A stretch of DNA of 64,000 bases from Mobula hypostoma (lineage: Eukaryota). The stretch lies in NCBI RefSeq assembly GCF_963921235.1, contig NC_086106.1, positions 24,118,001 through 24,182,000 on the forward strand. The letters are read 5' to 3'. The translations under genes and the position numbers were made by a program. Under the pieces are notes generated by a model, which had not been told where the DNA came from, searched no databases, and saw nothing but the letters and a program-made list of their open reading frames with translations. How positions within the stretch are numbered: position 1 is the first letter of the stretch; every line of letters starts with the position of its first letter. Shown piece after piece: positions 12,480 through 25,152 of this stretch.

Positions 12480-14110
12480 ATCAGTCAATGCTTCACTCAT
12501 GCTGGTTGCTCGCCTGTAATTTCATGGGCTCGTTGCTTGCTCAGCAGCCTCATGTGCGGCGCCTTATCAAAGGCCTTTTGATATTCGAAGTACATCACAA
12601 TGTGCATCTCCTTTATCGACGCTGCTTGTAATTTCCTCAATGAAAAACGCCGTAGGTTAGTCAGGCAAGATTTTCGTTTCAGGACACCTTGCCTGCTTTG
12701 GCCTATCTTGTCCTGCTCCTCAATATATTCCGCAATCTCGTTCCTAGCAATCAATTCCAACAACTTCCGAAACACTGGTGGCACGCTAACAGGTCTATAG
12801 TTTCCTTTCTGCTGCCTCCTACCCTTCTTAAATAGCGGCATAACATTTACAATTTTTCAGAATCTATCGCTTCTTAGAAGTTCATTGTTAATGACTCTGC
12901 AATCTCTCCAGCTACTCTGTCAGGAGCCCGAGAGTGCAACCATCAGGTACAGGTGACTAATAGGCCCTCAAACGATTTAGTTTCCCAAGAATCTTCTCAG
13001 TCGTAATTCTGACTGGGCATACGTCATTTCCCTGACGCTCATTAATGTCTGGTATACTGCAGATCACTTCCACTGTGTAGATTGATACAAAATAGGCATC
13101 CAGTTCCTCTGCCATCTGTGCGTCTCCCATTGAAATATCTCCAGCGTTATTTTTTTTATTGGTCCTATATCTACCCTCAAATTTCATTTACCTTTTATAT
13201 ACTGAAACAAGTTTTTATTATCTTCTTTGATGTTAGTGGCCAGCTTCCTTTCATAATTCATCTTTTTTCCTTCCTAATGACCTTCTTAATTTCCTTCTGC
13301 TTGTGTTTAAATCCTCTCAATTCTCTAACTTCCCACAGGCTTTGGTTTCCTTGCAAGACATTTCTTTTTCTTTTACTTTTGCTCTGACTTCTCTTGTCAG
13401 CTACTGTGTTGCCCTTACTCCATACGAAAATTCGCGCTTATTTGGAATATATCTGTGTTGCCCTTCCCTCATTTCCGCAGATATTCCAGCCATTGCTGCT
13501 CTGCTGTCTCTTCCCGCTGGCTTCCCCTTCCAGTGAACCTTGGCTGATTTCGCTGTCATGCCATTTATTCGTCTGAAATACCGACACATTGAAATGTAGT
13601 TTCTCCTTCTCTAATTTCAAATGAACTCGATCAGTTTGTGATAAATGTTTCCTAAAGGTTCCTTAACCTTAAACGCGCTTATCACATCCGTATCAGTGCA
13701 TAAAACCCAACCCAGTAAAGCCGATCCCCTGGTGGGCTCAACACAAGCTGTTCTAAAAAGCCATCTCTTTGACATTCTAAAATTTCTCCCAGTTGAGGTC
13801 CTGTAATGGCTTGGTTTGCCCAGTCTTTTCAAGTTAAAATTTCCAAATATCATCATAACGTTGCCTTTCAGACACGATCGTCATAACATTGCCCTTCTTT
13901 TCTAGCTCCTGCTGTAATACATAAACCACATCACTGCTGCTGTTTGGAGGCCTGTATTCAGTTGCCTTTAGGGTTTTTTTCCTCTAGCCATTACTTACCT
14001 CAACCCGACGAGACTCTACAGCTTCTGATCCTATCTCATCCGTCTCTAATGATTTAATGTCATTAATCATACACAGGGCCAGAACATCCTCCCCTCTCCC
14101 TCACACCCCC
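12480..14110 (-). mobile_element. CR1-type LINE ORF2 fragment (degraded)
   Basis: LFKKG..KGNYRPVSV, KSCLTNL and YQKAFDKAPHMRLL in ORF 12497-12841. Upstream fragments include GNFN and EPTRGSALL..VL. Confidence 0.9.
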
Positions 14111-14943
14111 CGCCATTGACCTATCTTTACGATACACCGTATGTCCTTGGACGATCATCTGCTCATCTCCCAATGCAATTTGTTAAGTTACATCGCACTT
14201 CTCCATCAAAAGACATTCTTCCTCATTTCTGCTCAAAATGGAATTTGCTGTACTCTGAGGATATGCATACAATGCGCATACACAATACAAATGTGAACAC
14301 CATACTCCAAACCTTGCCTGTAGAAAGGCTCAAATATAATTTGTTGACTGTTTAATTCAACACTTTTTCCGAAAAAAAATCAACATGTCATATCGTATCC
14401 TTCACCAGTCTATGAGATTGAATTATCTGTATCCCGTTCTGTATTTAATGCATTCAGTACTTTTCCATGCTGTTGCTTCTCTGGACGACACTATAATTTA
14501 TTTAATTACTTACAATGCATCGACTATAGGTTTCAATTAGAAGCTACAGATCTGACAATATTTTCATAGATGCATTTCTGTACGATATCACTTACTATTT
14601 CCCGCCCTTGCGCTGTAAGGATTTCACACGAGCCATCCCACAGAAGGATATCTCACTAATATCATACTTGACATAAAATATAAAATAAATTGAGCTCCAT
14701 ATCATACTAACATTATTGTCTGTATCACTGTATATATCCGCATATTGCTGCTAAGGATACCTACATCGTTTCCACTTTATCGAAGGATAACATTTGAATC
14801 ATATTGGATAGAGATATTTCAAATGATATTTGAAATAGAGAAGTTTGCAATTATATTTTTTTAATAAATGCTCAAACATACTTTAACTGCCAAAGGTTAA
14901 ACTGTCTGAGATGGTGAACGGGGAAGTGATGCGCATTCAGGTG

Positions 14944-14945
<2 letters not shown>

Positions 14946-14979
<34 letters not shown>
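14946..14979. repeat. (TA)17 microsatellite
   Basis: Direct read. Confidence 0.95.
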
Positions 14980-14983
<4 letters not shown>

Positions 14984-15074
14984 TTTACAAATACATTTCC
15001 ATTGATAATAGCCACTTCTTCTTTTTTCCTTTTTTTTTTGTTCCGTGCAGCTTCTGATTTTCAGTTTATGACAG

Positions 15075-15382
15075 CTGATGTCCATGGACATGAACAAAAT
15101 TACAGAGTAGTAGAACTGACTGGGAAACAGGATTTATTATGGGGAAATAAATGAGCGAAGGGCGACGTAAGATCACGACGGTCTTATGAATGGCATAATT
15201 GTAATTGGCATTCGCATCGGACAACAACTGATACATCTCAAAAAGCTCCATATTCCGCGGGACAGAATCACAGACTACAGGACGTGCCCTGCATGACAGA
15301 ACAATGGAAATCTCATTATACTACCTGACACATCAGTAGTTTATCGGGAAGCTGGTAGTATTTGTGTCAGATGACATTGGTG
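15075..15382 (+). pseudogene. Possible very old V-segment relic
   Basis: A pyrimidine tract and ACAG precede the phase-1 frame DVHG...TGA (15152, at mature position 22)...W (15191/15206)...HISSL..YLC (Cys 15365), all in one frame. It has 3 stops and no credible nonamer. Confidence 0.3.
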
Positions 15383-18300
15383 AAAATTGCAAATGACAGA
15401 TTTAGTGATGCATACATATATAAATGTCAATTTTAACCAAATGCACAAATAATTATCTGAAAACAAATAATGTGAGTTTAGACTACCGGAAGTCACACAC
15501 TTGAAAAAAATAAATTCGGTAATGTTTTAGGAACCTATTCGGAGTTCAATGATAAAAAAAAACGGAAGAAGAAAGAGCAGAGCATCACTTTGCTGAAACT
15601 TCACAGCTGTAAATATCGCAGTTCAGAAAGTACTTTGCAGTAAAATGCGATTTCGAGGAGGTAAATGTAAGATGCTGTCAAATACCCACACAGGTTTCAT
15701 CATTATTGATGTAAAACAAAAACAAACAAAAAAAAAACACGACAGTCTAAATCAACACTTATCGGACAGAGTTCTATATGAAATGAGCACTGTTCAGAAT
15801 ATATGTTTCAAAGCAGTCCAGTTTATGATAGCGTCAGTGTGTCATTTATATGAACGATAACTGCTGAGGAAGGAATTGGCTTCCATTAACATGACTGTTA
15901 CTTAAACTACTGTAACAGAGAAAAAAAAAACGGCAGCAATTTCAAAGACTAACAAATACGGTAATTGGAAGAACTCAACAAGTCATGCAGCAACTATTGC
16001 TGTGAGATTTAAAGGAGGTGTAAACAGATACACTTTTTTTCCCATATTAGGGAGAGCGAGAACTTGTGGTATGTCAATTTACGGAGTGAACGAGTTGTCT
16101 TTGGGGTTGTGCAAGTTTGTGTCTTTAATGATGCTTGGCCGCATGTGTGAGTGTTTGGTTGAGGGCGCCGAGGTTTTTCTTTGCGGGTTGGGCAGGGGTT
16201 CTTGCTTTGCTGCTGCTTATGAGCGTGGGTGGGAGGAGTAGGGGACTTTGGGGTGCTAACATTTTCCTGCCATTCATTCTTTTGGACTCTCCTTTGTTTC
16301 CGTGTATATTTCGCGAAGAAGAAAAAAAATGCAATGTATATTGTACAGATTTTTCTCACATTAAATCTACCTTTGAAACTCTTCAGAGGGGACAATAGTT
16401 GATATTTCAGGCCAGGATTCTTCCGAATGACTGCAATGAACGATAGAACAAAGCAGAATAAGAAAGTGAGGGCTTTGTGTTTGTTCATTTGCCGTAATGG
16501 ATTCTGGAATCCTTCTTACATAACGGCTTTTTGCGTTCCAAAAATGTATTATCATACATGTTGCAACAGTGCAATCGATCTACCGCTTTTTTGCCGATTC
16601 GTACAATTTGCTGGAGTCTATTTCTCTAAAAATGTCTGTCACGTCACTCTGGTGCTTCTTTTCCTCTTCTATCTCTCATAGTCCATTCTAGCAGTCTATT
16701 AGATTTATTATTTCTTCGGGAATTTACCTTTTCCTGCCTTCAGCTTCCAGCGCCCGACGTGATGACATTGTTTCTTCAATGTATGAGCATTTTTTTCTTA
16801 TTAATGTATTGATATCTCAGTGAAGACAGCCTATGGTTGTTTTTCATTCTTGTATCTCATTCTGTTCATCCTTCAATGTTTTCCCTTCATCTGAATTCAC
16901 CTATCATCTCCCAGCTAGTATCCTTTCCGCTTCCCCATCTGCCTATCTCTTATATCTGCAATATTTTACAAATCCGATTTTGTTACATGTTTTTTTTTTC
17001 GTTGTCTTGCCACTTTGATCAAACCAGCTGCGTGTCTGGTCAGGGGTAACACCATACATGCAACGCTGTTACAGCTCAACACAATAGTCAACATTTGCAA
17101 ACAGCATTTTCCATTGCTGTTTTTTTTTGGATAACGCTGGTCACATCAATCAACTGGAAGTGTCAGGTAAAGCAAAACACAATCAGGTCTCCCTTGCCAA
17201 CAACAATCAAACTGAAATTGTTCACTCAAAGTGTCTCAATGTTGCAAAAAGAAAAAAAAAAGTGACCATTGCAATTAAGTCAATACACAAATCAGCACAT
17301 TTGAGAAGTGGCTGGTGATGTCGGAGGACTATTAAACATGGAAAAAAATGTCAGAATTTCCTGTATCCCAACAAAGACGAGAGGACTCATTTTGAACGAT
17401 TTAATGTGAGAAGAATTGGGAAGAACAAAAGTTTCGAATGGCAAATAAGCAACTATTGTTGATATGTCATAAATTAGGGCCTGTCCACGTGTAAAGTAGG
17501 TCTAATGTTGTAGCCTAAATTGGCACGTCCATGTGTGACATAAGACATTCGGGCAATACTGAACGAGAATCGGTAAGGTACCTCATAGCAAATTCACACT
17601 TATAGGTAATGTAACTGAGCTTAAAACCCATTTACTATAATACAGTACACGATTCTTCCCTGCACAAATATTGTGCGGCAGTAAATCTACTCAGTGGAAA
17701 TACCCCTGCGCTTTTGTACAGCTGAAAGAAGACTCGTGACTGGTTCCCGAGACAACGTGTTTAATACGGACAAGAGTCAAGAATATATTTCATTCAAATG
17801 GTGTTTTTAGGAAACGCAGATGATGAGAGAATATATCTTTCCACCACTCATCTGCATTGATAAATCGCATAACAAACAAAAAAAATCATAATGCATAGGA
17901 TACGTAGGCGACTCAGCTGTACAATTCCGCTCGGCTAAGCGTTTGTTAATTGATCTATTGTTTCCTGGATTGTGAGAAAAATCTTTCACTCAGGGAAAAA
18001 AAACGGCTTTTTTTGGGATGCATTGCCTGTTCTGTCACTTTCCTTAGCTTAGTGTTTCGAGTGATGAATGAAGATCCCCATTGTTTTGAATATCCTTCCA
18101 ACTTTATTGCTGTTTTAAGTAAGATGTTGATTAGGTCCAAAAATCCCTCTATCCTTCAATGTTCATATTAATCCTGCCATCAGCTCTTTCCTTTCCACCA
18201 GCAGTTCTTCTCTTAAAGAGCAGAGCCTTGCAATTACACACGTTAACCTTCATTTTATCTGCCAACATCTTCATATGTGCCATAACCTGCCAAACCTATG

Positions 18301-18779
18301 ATGTCACTTCGTTATTTTTCACAACCTTGCGAATAGCAGCCCATCAGAATTTTCATACAACTCATTTATATTTGTAAACAGCTCTTTAAAAGGAGAACGG
18401 CAGGTTAAAATGTTGTCATGGATGTAACGGTGCGCAGAATAAATAGACCCTTGCTCTTTTTTGTGGAGAAAAAAACATAAGAGCACTTCTTAATAATATC
18501 TGAAATACTTTACATATTTGCTGCGTTACTGGGATCTTGTGTATGTGTTGATATGGAACAACGTTCCAGAGGATGCAAAGGATATCTATGTCTATGATGC
18601 TTGAATGGCACCGTCTCAACTTCATTGACAAAACAAGTCTGTAGATATGTGGTCTAAACATAGGCAAATCGGCAAGTGGAGGCAGTTCACTTACACTTTT
18701 GTAAGCCGGCCGAATTCATGCAGTTAAAATGATGATGTTACCATATTTTTACATGTATTTCAAAATATCTACTTATTTT

Positions 18780-20456
18780 AAAGTAAGAAGGTTTTTGATC
18801 AGCTGACAATATTATTTCATTCTTTGTTTAGAATATTAAAAGATCAAGAATTGGTAAATATCATTTTCAAAAATTAAAAAGGATGGAGATCTTGCTCTGT
18901 CTAATTTAAGAGTGTATTTTTCTGCTGTTAATATACGTTATATTTGTTTTTGGTTATATTGGGCTGATAATAATGAAGGACCACCTTGGGCTGATCGGAA
19001 TTGAAAGCTGTGAAACATTTTCACATACCCTCGTAATTAGGAGCTATTCTCCCTGTACAACTGGCCGAAATTGTTAATTTAAATTTATATCCTCTGATTA
19101 AGCAGACATTACGAATTTGGTTCCAGTTTCGTTTTTTTTATCTCAAAACATTTAAAGTTTTTAGTTTAATTTATCGAAATTAAGTATTTAAACCTTCATT
19201 ATGTAATCCTACCTTTCTTCTTTGGAGGAATAAAGGAGTCTTTTCCTTCATGGATCTGTTCCAAGATCGCTGATTGCTGTATTTTGAGGAAGTTAGTAAC
19301 TAAGTTCTCTCTCTGGTATTCACATTTCCTGCAGTATCTTCAGATCAGGCACTTCTTACAGGAATATTTAACTAATTTTCCTTTTATACAAGATTCTGGC
19401 CTGTTAGATATTATTTTAAAATGAAACATTTTAGTGAAAGATTTTATTGGAAAATATATAATTTATTGTTACAACAGCACAATTACCTTTCACTTAAAAT
19501 TAATCAAGATTGGGAGAGAGAGTTTAACATGTCCTTGATAACAGAAGATTTGTTGCGGATTTTGAAATTAGTTAACTCTTCTTCGATCTGTGCCAGTCAC
19601 TCTTTAATTCAATTTAAAATTGTATATCGTTACTATTTAACACAGGAGAGACTATCTAAAATGTTTCCTAATGTTGATAGTCAGTGTGATAGATGTAAAA
19701 CTGAGACACTACTTTGACACATATGTTTCGGTGGTGTTCTGTATTGAAACATTTTTGGAAATCTATTTACTCTACAATTTCTAAAGTTTTAAAAATCAAT
19801 TTACAACCAAATAAATTGAGAGTTTTGTTTGGTATAATCCCTCAGCATATTCATGGTATTTCTCTATCAGACCAATATGTAACTACATTCGTTACATTAT
19901 TGGCCAGAAGGGCTATTTCGTTGAAATGAAAAGATGCTTCTGCTCCTACTTTGATACGATGGTTCTCTCAGGTGATGCTATGTCTTCGTTTGGAAAAAAA
20001 CAGAAGTCGAACTTTTGATTCTCGATTTGATTTCGAGGACAGGTGGGGGTCACTGACCGCTGCTATCATCTGATTTGTGTTAATTGAAATGGTTTTCTTC
20101 CGATTATTGTTTAAATGGATCTGATTTGGCGGATTGATGTTTTTTTTTTCTTTTATTTAAGTTTGTATGACGTATGGCTCCGGGGTTGTGCTCCCAATGT
20201 TTTGTTTTTTTCTCGGATTTTTTTTTTAGTTAGCAAGGTTTTTTTTTTGTTCTTTCTTTTACTTAGTAGGGGCCCTACTAACTTATTCTTAGCAGTTTAT
20301 TTTTTTATTAATTATTGATATATGTTTTAGCTGTTTTAATCAGTTATTTGCCAATTTATTTCTTCATTGTACATACTGACATATTGACTTGAATAACTTT
20401 AATGTTTTGTTTCGTTGATCTTTAATAATAATTAATGAAAATGATTTTAAAAAAAT
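18780..20456 (+). mobile_element. L1-type LINE, 5'-truncated ORF2 C-terminus plus T-rich 3' UTR and A tail
   Basis: SLIQFKIVYRYYLT..RLSKMFPNVDSQCDRCK..LTHMF..C...FW zinc-knuckle region (ORFs 19421-19929). Ends in an A-rich tail at ~20448-56. Confidence 0.9.
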
Positions 20457-20860
20457 GAAATGAGATAAGGTGAGGGAGGGAAAAAGGGGTGAGAAATGGT
20501 GATTGAGAAGGGTTGTGGGGTATTAACGGAAGTTCGAGGAATACACAAACAAGCCATGTGCTTGGAGGCTACCCAAACGGAATAATAGACGTTGTTTCTC
20601 CAACCTTAGTGTGGCCTTCTCAAGACAGTAGAGGAGGCCATGGAATGACATATCGGAATTGGGATGGCCACTAAGAGTTGACGCATCTGCTGGCCTAGGG
20701 AGCATAGATGATCAGCAAAGTCGTCTCCCAACGGATGTTAGGTCTCATCGATATACAGAAGGTTACACTGGGGCAGCGGGCACACCATATAAACCGAACA
20801 CACTCATCAGGTGAATGGTAGTGAAGGAGGAGGTATATAGGGCATATATACCTCTTGTTC
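20457..20860 (-). mobile_element. Penelope-like GIY-YIG fragment
   Basis: MSFHGLLYC..KATLRLEKQRLLFRLGSLQ...SNFR (ORF 20523-20705), homologous to 1860-2000. Confidence 0.8.
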
Positions 20861-21059
20861 CCCTTGCAGGCACAAACGCTATACCGGTTCCTGCACTTTC
20901 TGTCTCAGCACCGTTCAGTACCACGGACAGTCCAGCCAGGTGCAGAGACACTTTGTAGTGTTGTGTTAGGCTGTGCCTCGTGCTGTTGATGTGCCGTCCT
21001 TCATATCGGCAAACTTGGTCATAGATTGTGTAGTCGCTTCGCTGTGCACTTACTCTTCA

Positions 21060-21630
21060 TCTGCCAGAAATTGCAGTATCTCCCAGCAGCCACACATTTA
21101 AATTGCACTTCTCATTCCCATTGAGATATGTTCGTACATGGCATGTTCTACTGTCGCGATGATCCCACACCCAGGTCGGAGAGGCAACACCTTATATTCC
21201 CTCTGGTTGCCTCCAGTTAGACGGCACGAACGCCGATTACTCATATTTTGGTAACGCACCCCTTCTCCTTCCCAATCACCTCTCTCACCGTATTCTTTTC
21301 CCTGCCGATTATCTCCCTCTGGCATTCTCTTTCTTCCATGGCCTTCTGTTAACTCCTATAAGATCCCCTTGTCAAATATATATATATTTTTTCCACGAGT
21401 CACCTTCCAAGCTCTTTACTTCATCCCTCCCCCTCCCGGTTTCACCTATGAGAATTGTATTTCAATTTTCCCTTCCCCATCTTTTAAATCTGCTTTTCAC
21501 TCTTTCTTTTGGCCTCCCCGCTGAAGCGTCTCAGCCCCATAGGTCGAATGTATTTTTTTTTCCGTAGAATCTGCCAGTATTTGTGTCTCTTGCTTGGATA
21601 TCCGTCATCTGCAGATTTTCTTGTTTTTGA
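21060..21630 (+). mobile_element. Penelope-like 3' fragment
   Basis: cacacatttaaattgcacttctcattccc..caacaccttatattcc and a pLTR-like end (gctgaagcgtctcagccc..catctgcagattttc), homologous to 1830-2400. Confidence 0.7.
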
Positions 21631-21950
21631 CAGTTTTATAGTGCCCTGATACCCACCTATAGCCATAGATCGGGATGTCTCCAACTTCTCTCTGATCCAT
21701 TACAGATGTCCCTGAATCATTGAGTTCAACCAAACACGCAATTTGTAACCAGCGAAATAGAAACATACAAAGGAATACCTCTGTTATGTACCACGATACA
21801 AAATACAGCAGCACACTCCGGTGAGCGGGTTTAGGTGGTCCGCTGGAGCACACAGCCTATAATGTAAGCATGTTCGCGCCGTAAGACCAGTCAATATGGG
21901 AAATATACAGCAGTCCGTCATGTGCGTCATTGTGCACGAAATGATATCCG

Positions 21951-21978
21951 CACTGTGAGCAGGTTTTGGCGCACAGTG
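21951..21978 (+). other. D-segment-like motif: CACTGTG-[14 bp]-CACAGTG, without recognisable nonamers
   Basis: Two perfect heptamers in D-segment orientation around AGCAGGTTTTGGCG, which is open in all 3 frames. Nonamer positions match about 4/9 at best. Confidence 0.3.
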
Positions 21979-24609
21979 TGATAGGTGACCTGCCATAGTG
22001 AAGGAATAAGGAACTATAACGTACCACTTGACAATAATTGAAAAGTCACTGATACTGGTATTGAAAAAAAAATAAACCTGCAGCAAAACCCTCAACAATT
22101 CAGAGCACATCTGTGGAGGGAAAAGTACACCAAACAATTTTCATTGAAGATTCGTGCAATATAGCCAGCTTGCTATTTCCATCCTGTTTTTCATGTGCGG
22201 GGTAAACCCAGACAATTGAACACATGAAAAACGGGCGTACGCGTTTATGCTGTTAATCAAAATGATGGTTTCAGTCTAGTTTCTTTGTTTTTTTTTTCAA
22301 TCCATTGGATTGAACTAAATTCGGCTTCGGAATGTGCTGCTTTCAGACGGAAATAATCACGAATATATCAACCCATTCTGTGAAAAAGTAAGTATTCATA
22401 GATTACTAAATGTGAATAGAACTCATTTATCAAAATCAAAAGCGAGAGGGCAGTGTGTATATAAATATAGATGCATAGATATATGCAAATAAAACAAGCT
22501 TATTTGCAACAGTATCAGTCAAACACAGTATCATTTAAGTAGCACTCTCAAGAAAAAGTAAACAGACGTAAACATATTTTAAATAGAGAATACAGAAATA
22601 ACATCACTCAGCAAATTACGTTTCATCACAAATTTGATTACAGTGAAATAGTGTCGCTAAACTGTGGTAGTGTGAGTTGGTTCATGAAACGAATCCTTCA
22701 CGAATGCTACAGTTCTTGACACTGATATTGGAAATCTATTTCTAAATTCACGGTATCATGTTTTAAATTGAATTAGTACCATTATATGACTTTACTTATC
22801 TCAGAATGTTCAGCGGCTTGATGCATTTTGAACACCACCAGCTCTCCAGCGACCGTCATGCTCTCCAGCCCTGTAATTACAGATGCAGCACAGCAGAGGA
22901 TTCACCAACAATATTAACTATCTGTCAGACGAGCCATGCGGTGACCCAAATCCTCGACCACATTCTAGTCCGTTTTGTCACAATGTTCTCTGTGACTCGA
23001 TATGTGGAAGGCGATGTTGCCTGATTATAAATGGTTGACGCAGCTAAGGAGTAAGTGTGGCTCCAAGTGCCTGCTTTGCAGTCTGAATAATGAGAATCTC
23101 AGGAAGTAATGATTTTCGTCCGAGTAATATCGAGTACTTCAGCTGCACCCTTAGAGTTGGAACTGCAGAACTACTCTGCCTATAGAATTTATTTATTTGT
23201 TTTCTTTAAAATAATTTGCTTTAGAAATAATTTTACTCCAGCCACTTTGAACCATTTTGCGAAGTTGACGAATTCATTGAGTGTAAATGGTGGAGATTCC
23301 GCCATTCCGTCGCTTAATTATGCTGGAGAGACAAAATGAAGCACTATTGTTGTAAAATGTACCTGCAAGCCTATAATGTTGTGGGGGGCGGGGGCAGCTA
23401 GGATATCGAAAACCTCCAACCTAAGATATCAAGTTTCTGTTATTTAAATACGCCATGTCAGAAACGAAAGCAGATTTTACTTGAGCACTTTTCCATTCAA
23501 CGCACGAAAGCTCGGTGAAATTCGCCATTTTGAATATCTTGGGGTTAATGCGGTACTCGTCTGTGCTCATTGCGGCTGATGCCATTTAAAACTTCGGATG
23601 CAATCTTCTAGAGATCACCAGATCTCAGGTGAAGCCGAGTACAGCTCCAGTCTGCAGTTTATAATTTCCTGATGTCCGGAAAATCTAAAAGCCTCCCCCC
23701 CCCCCCCCCCGCCCCTCATGACTCAATCTGCGCATTTTGCCCTGAACGTAGACGTGAACCTTCTCCCCCCTCCTCAAACCAGGCCTCAATGTCTGCCTCC
23801 AATAAGATTGTTACTTGTTTCGTCGCAATGATGAAATATATTTCCGATATTCCAAACCAATTCAGAGACTTCGAGATCACGTCGCTCGGAGCTACAGTCA
23901 AACGGTATATCGCTGCCTCCGTTCCAGTTCAAGAAAACCTCTCCTCAGATCTTTCAATATCCAGTCATTTACGGAAATACCAAAGCTGATAAAGCCAGGC
24001 TCAGAATCAATTGACAAATGTGAATGTAAATGACACCACGCCAGAACAAGTGCACAGATATCGCATATTTAAAACGTGGAGAGGGGGGGGGGCTACCAAC
24101 AGCTCCTGTGGATTGCATGCATAATAGTGTGCGGTACAGTAAAGAAAATAAACGTTGAAGTGTTCTTCTGACAGAGATACATTTTTAATATTTTATTTTC
24201 TCTGAAGTCTTCAGGACAGTCCATGCTTCTGCTAGTTTCCAGAAACATCATTTGTCAGGTAACAGCACTTTTTCAGGCTATTGAACACTAAGGGGCACTT
24301 CTAACTTTATTTTAACATTTCCGACCTTCACTGTATTCTCCGAATCGATAACAATCTTCTTCGGTTTAATTGCTATTATGGAAGATGAAGTGAAACGTGG
24401 TCGGTTCGGATTGGCCCTTTCTGATGTAATGACTTTAAACGTGTACAGGTCCTAATTGGTTATTTGTTGAATTGAAGCTGTAAGCTTATTGGATATTTCA
24501 TGCACTCCCGACAATGACAGTAGTCTCAGTTACATAGCGTTTAATGTAATATCCTTTGCAGAAATATTTTCGCATCAAATTTATGTGTTCTTATTCGTAA
24601 TCGGAAGAT

Positions 24610-25113
24610 ATGTACCGTGTTCCAGTTTATGCACTTCTCACGACGGCAGCTCTTTTAACCTGTGGGTGTGAAATTTACAAATTGCTATAAATGATGAAAA
24701 CACCAATTTCGTTGCTGTTCTGGCGGTTTGACCTCTTTCTCAATTGTCATAACCTCTGACTGAACTATACTTTTAAACACATTTCTAACTATTTGAATTA
24801 CTGCAGGTGCCGGCGCTGCGAGCACGGTCTCTCAGGGACCTGATAACATACAACTGTTTGAAGGTGACTTGGCGACCATCAGTTGCAACTATTCAACCGA
24901 CAGTGAGATGTATTCTTTACAACTTTACCGTCAACATCAGAACTCTGAGATCGAATTTTTAATCCTCTCCCCTTCTTACGGAACTGCTTCCAAGGCAGAA
25001 GAGTTAGGTGATCGTTTTTCGGCATCTCTCAACACATCAAAAAAGGAGGGCGAATTTGCTGTGGCTGAGTTGAAACTGTCAGACAGCGCCGTGTATTACT
25101 GTGCTTTGAGACA
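24610..25113 (+). CDS. TCR alpha/delta-type V segment V1 (leader exon 24610-24661, intron 24662-24806, V exon 24807-25113)
   Basis: Spliced ORF MYRVPVYALLTTAALLT-C-AGAASTVSQGPDNIQLFEGDLATISCNYSTDSEMYSLQLYRQ...RFSASLNTSKKEGEFAVAELKLSDSAVYYCALR. GTGGGT donor, CTGCAG acceptor, phase 1. Both Cys are present; the conserved Trp is replaced by Leu. Confidence 0.9.
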
Positions 25114-25152
25114 CACTGCAACACCTACTATTTACAGCCTCATTCAAAAACT
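25114..25152 (+). promoter_or_regulatory. 23-RSS of V1
   Basis: CACTGCA (25114-20), 23-bp spacer, TCAAAAACT (25144-52). Confidence 0.75.

Noticed and set aside
16600-16660. AGVYFS motif
   Set aside because: No Cys, no upstream V framework, no RSS
17482-17720. C..(13)..SLNWH...DSSLHKYCAA followed by ctcagtg
   Set aside because: The Trp-Cys distance is short (151 nt), it needs frameshifts and there is no nonamer; cannot be separated from noise by eye
23040-23190. gagttggaactg..ctctgcctat, an FR3-like fragment
   Set aside because: Too short; no YYC or RSS
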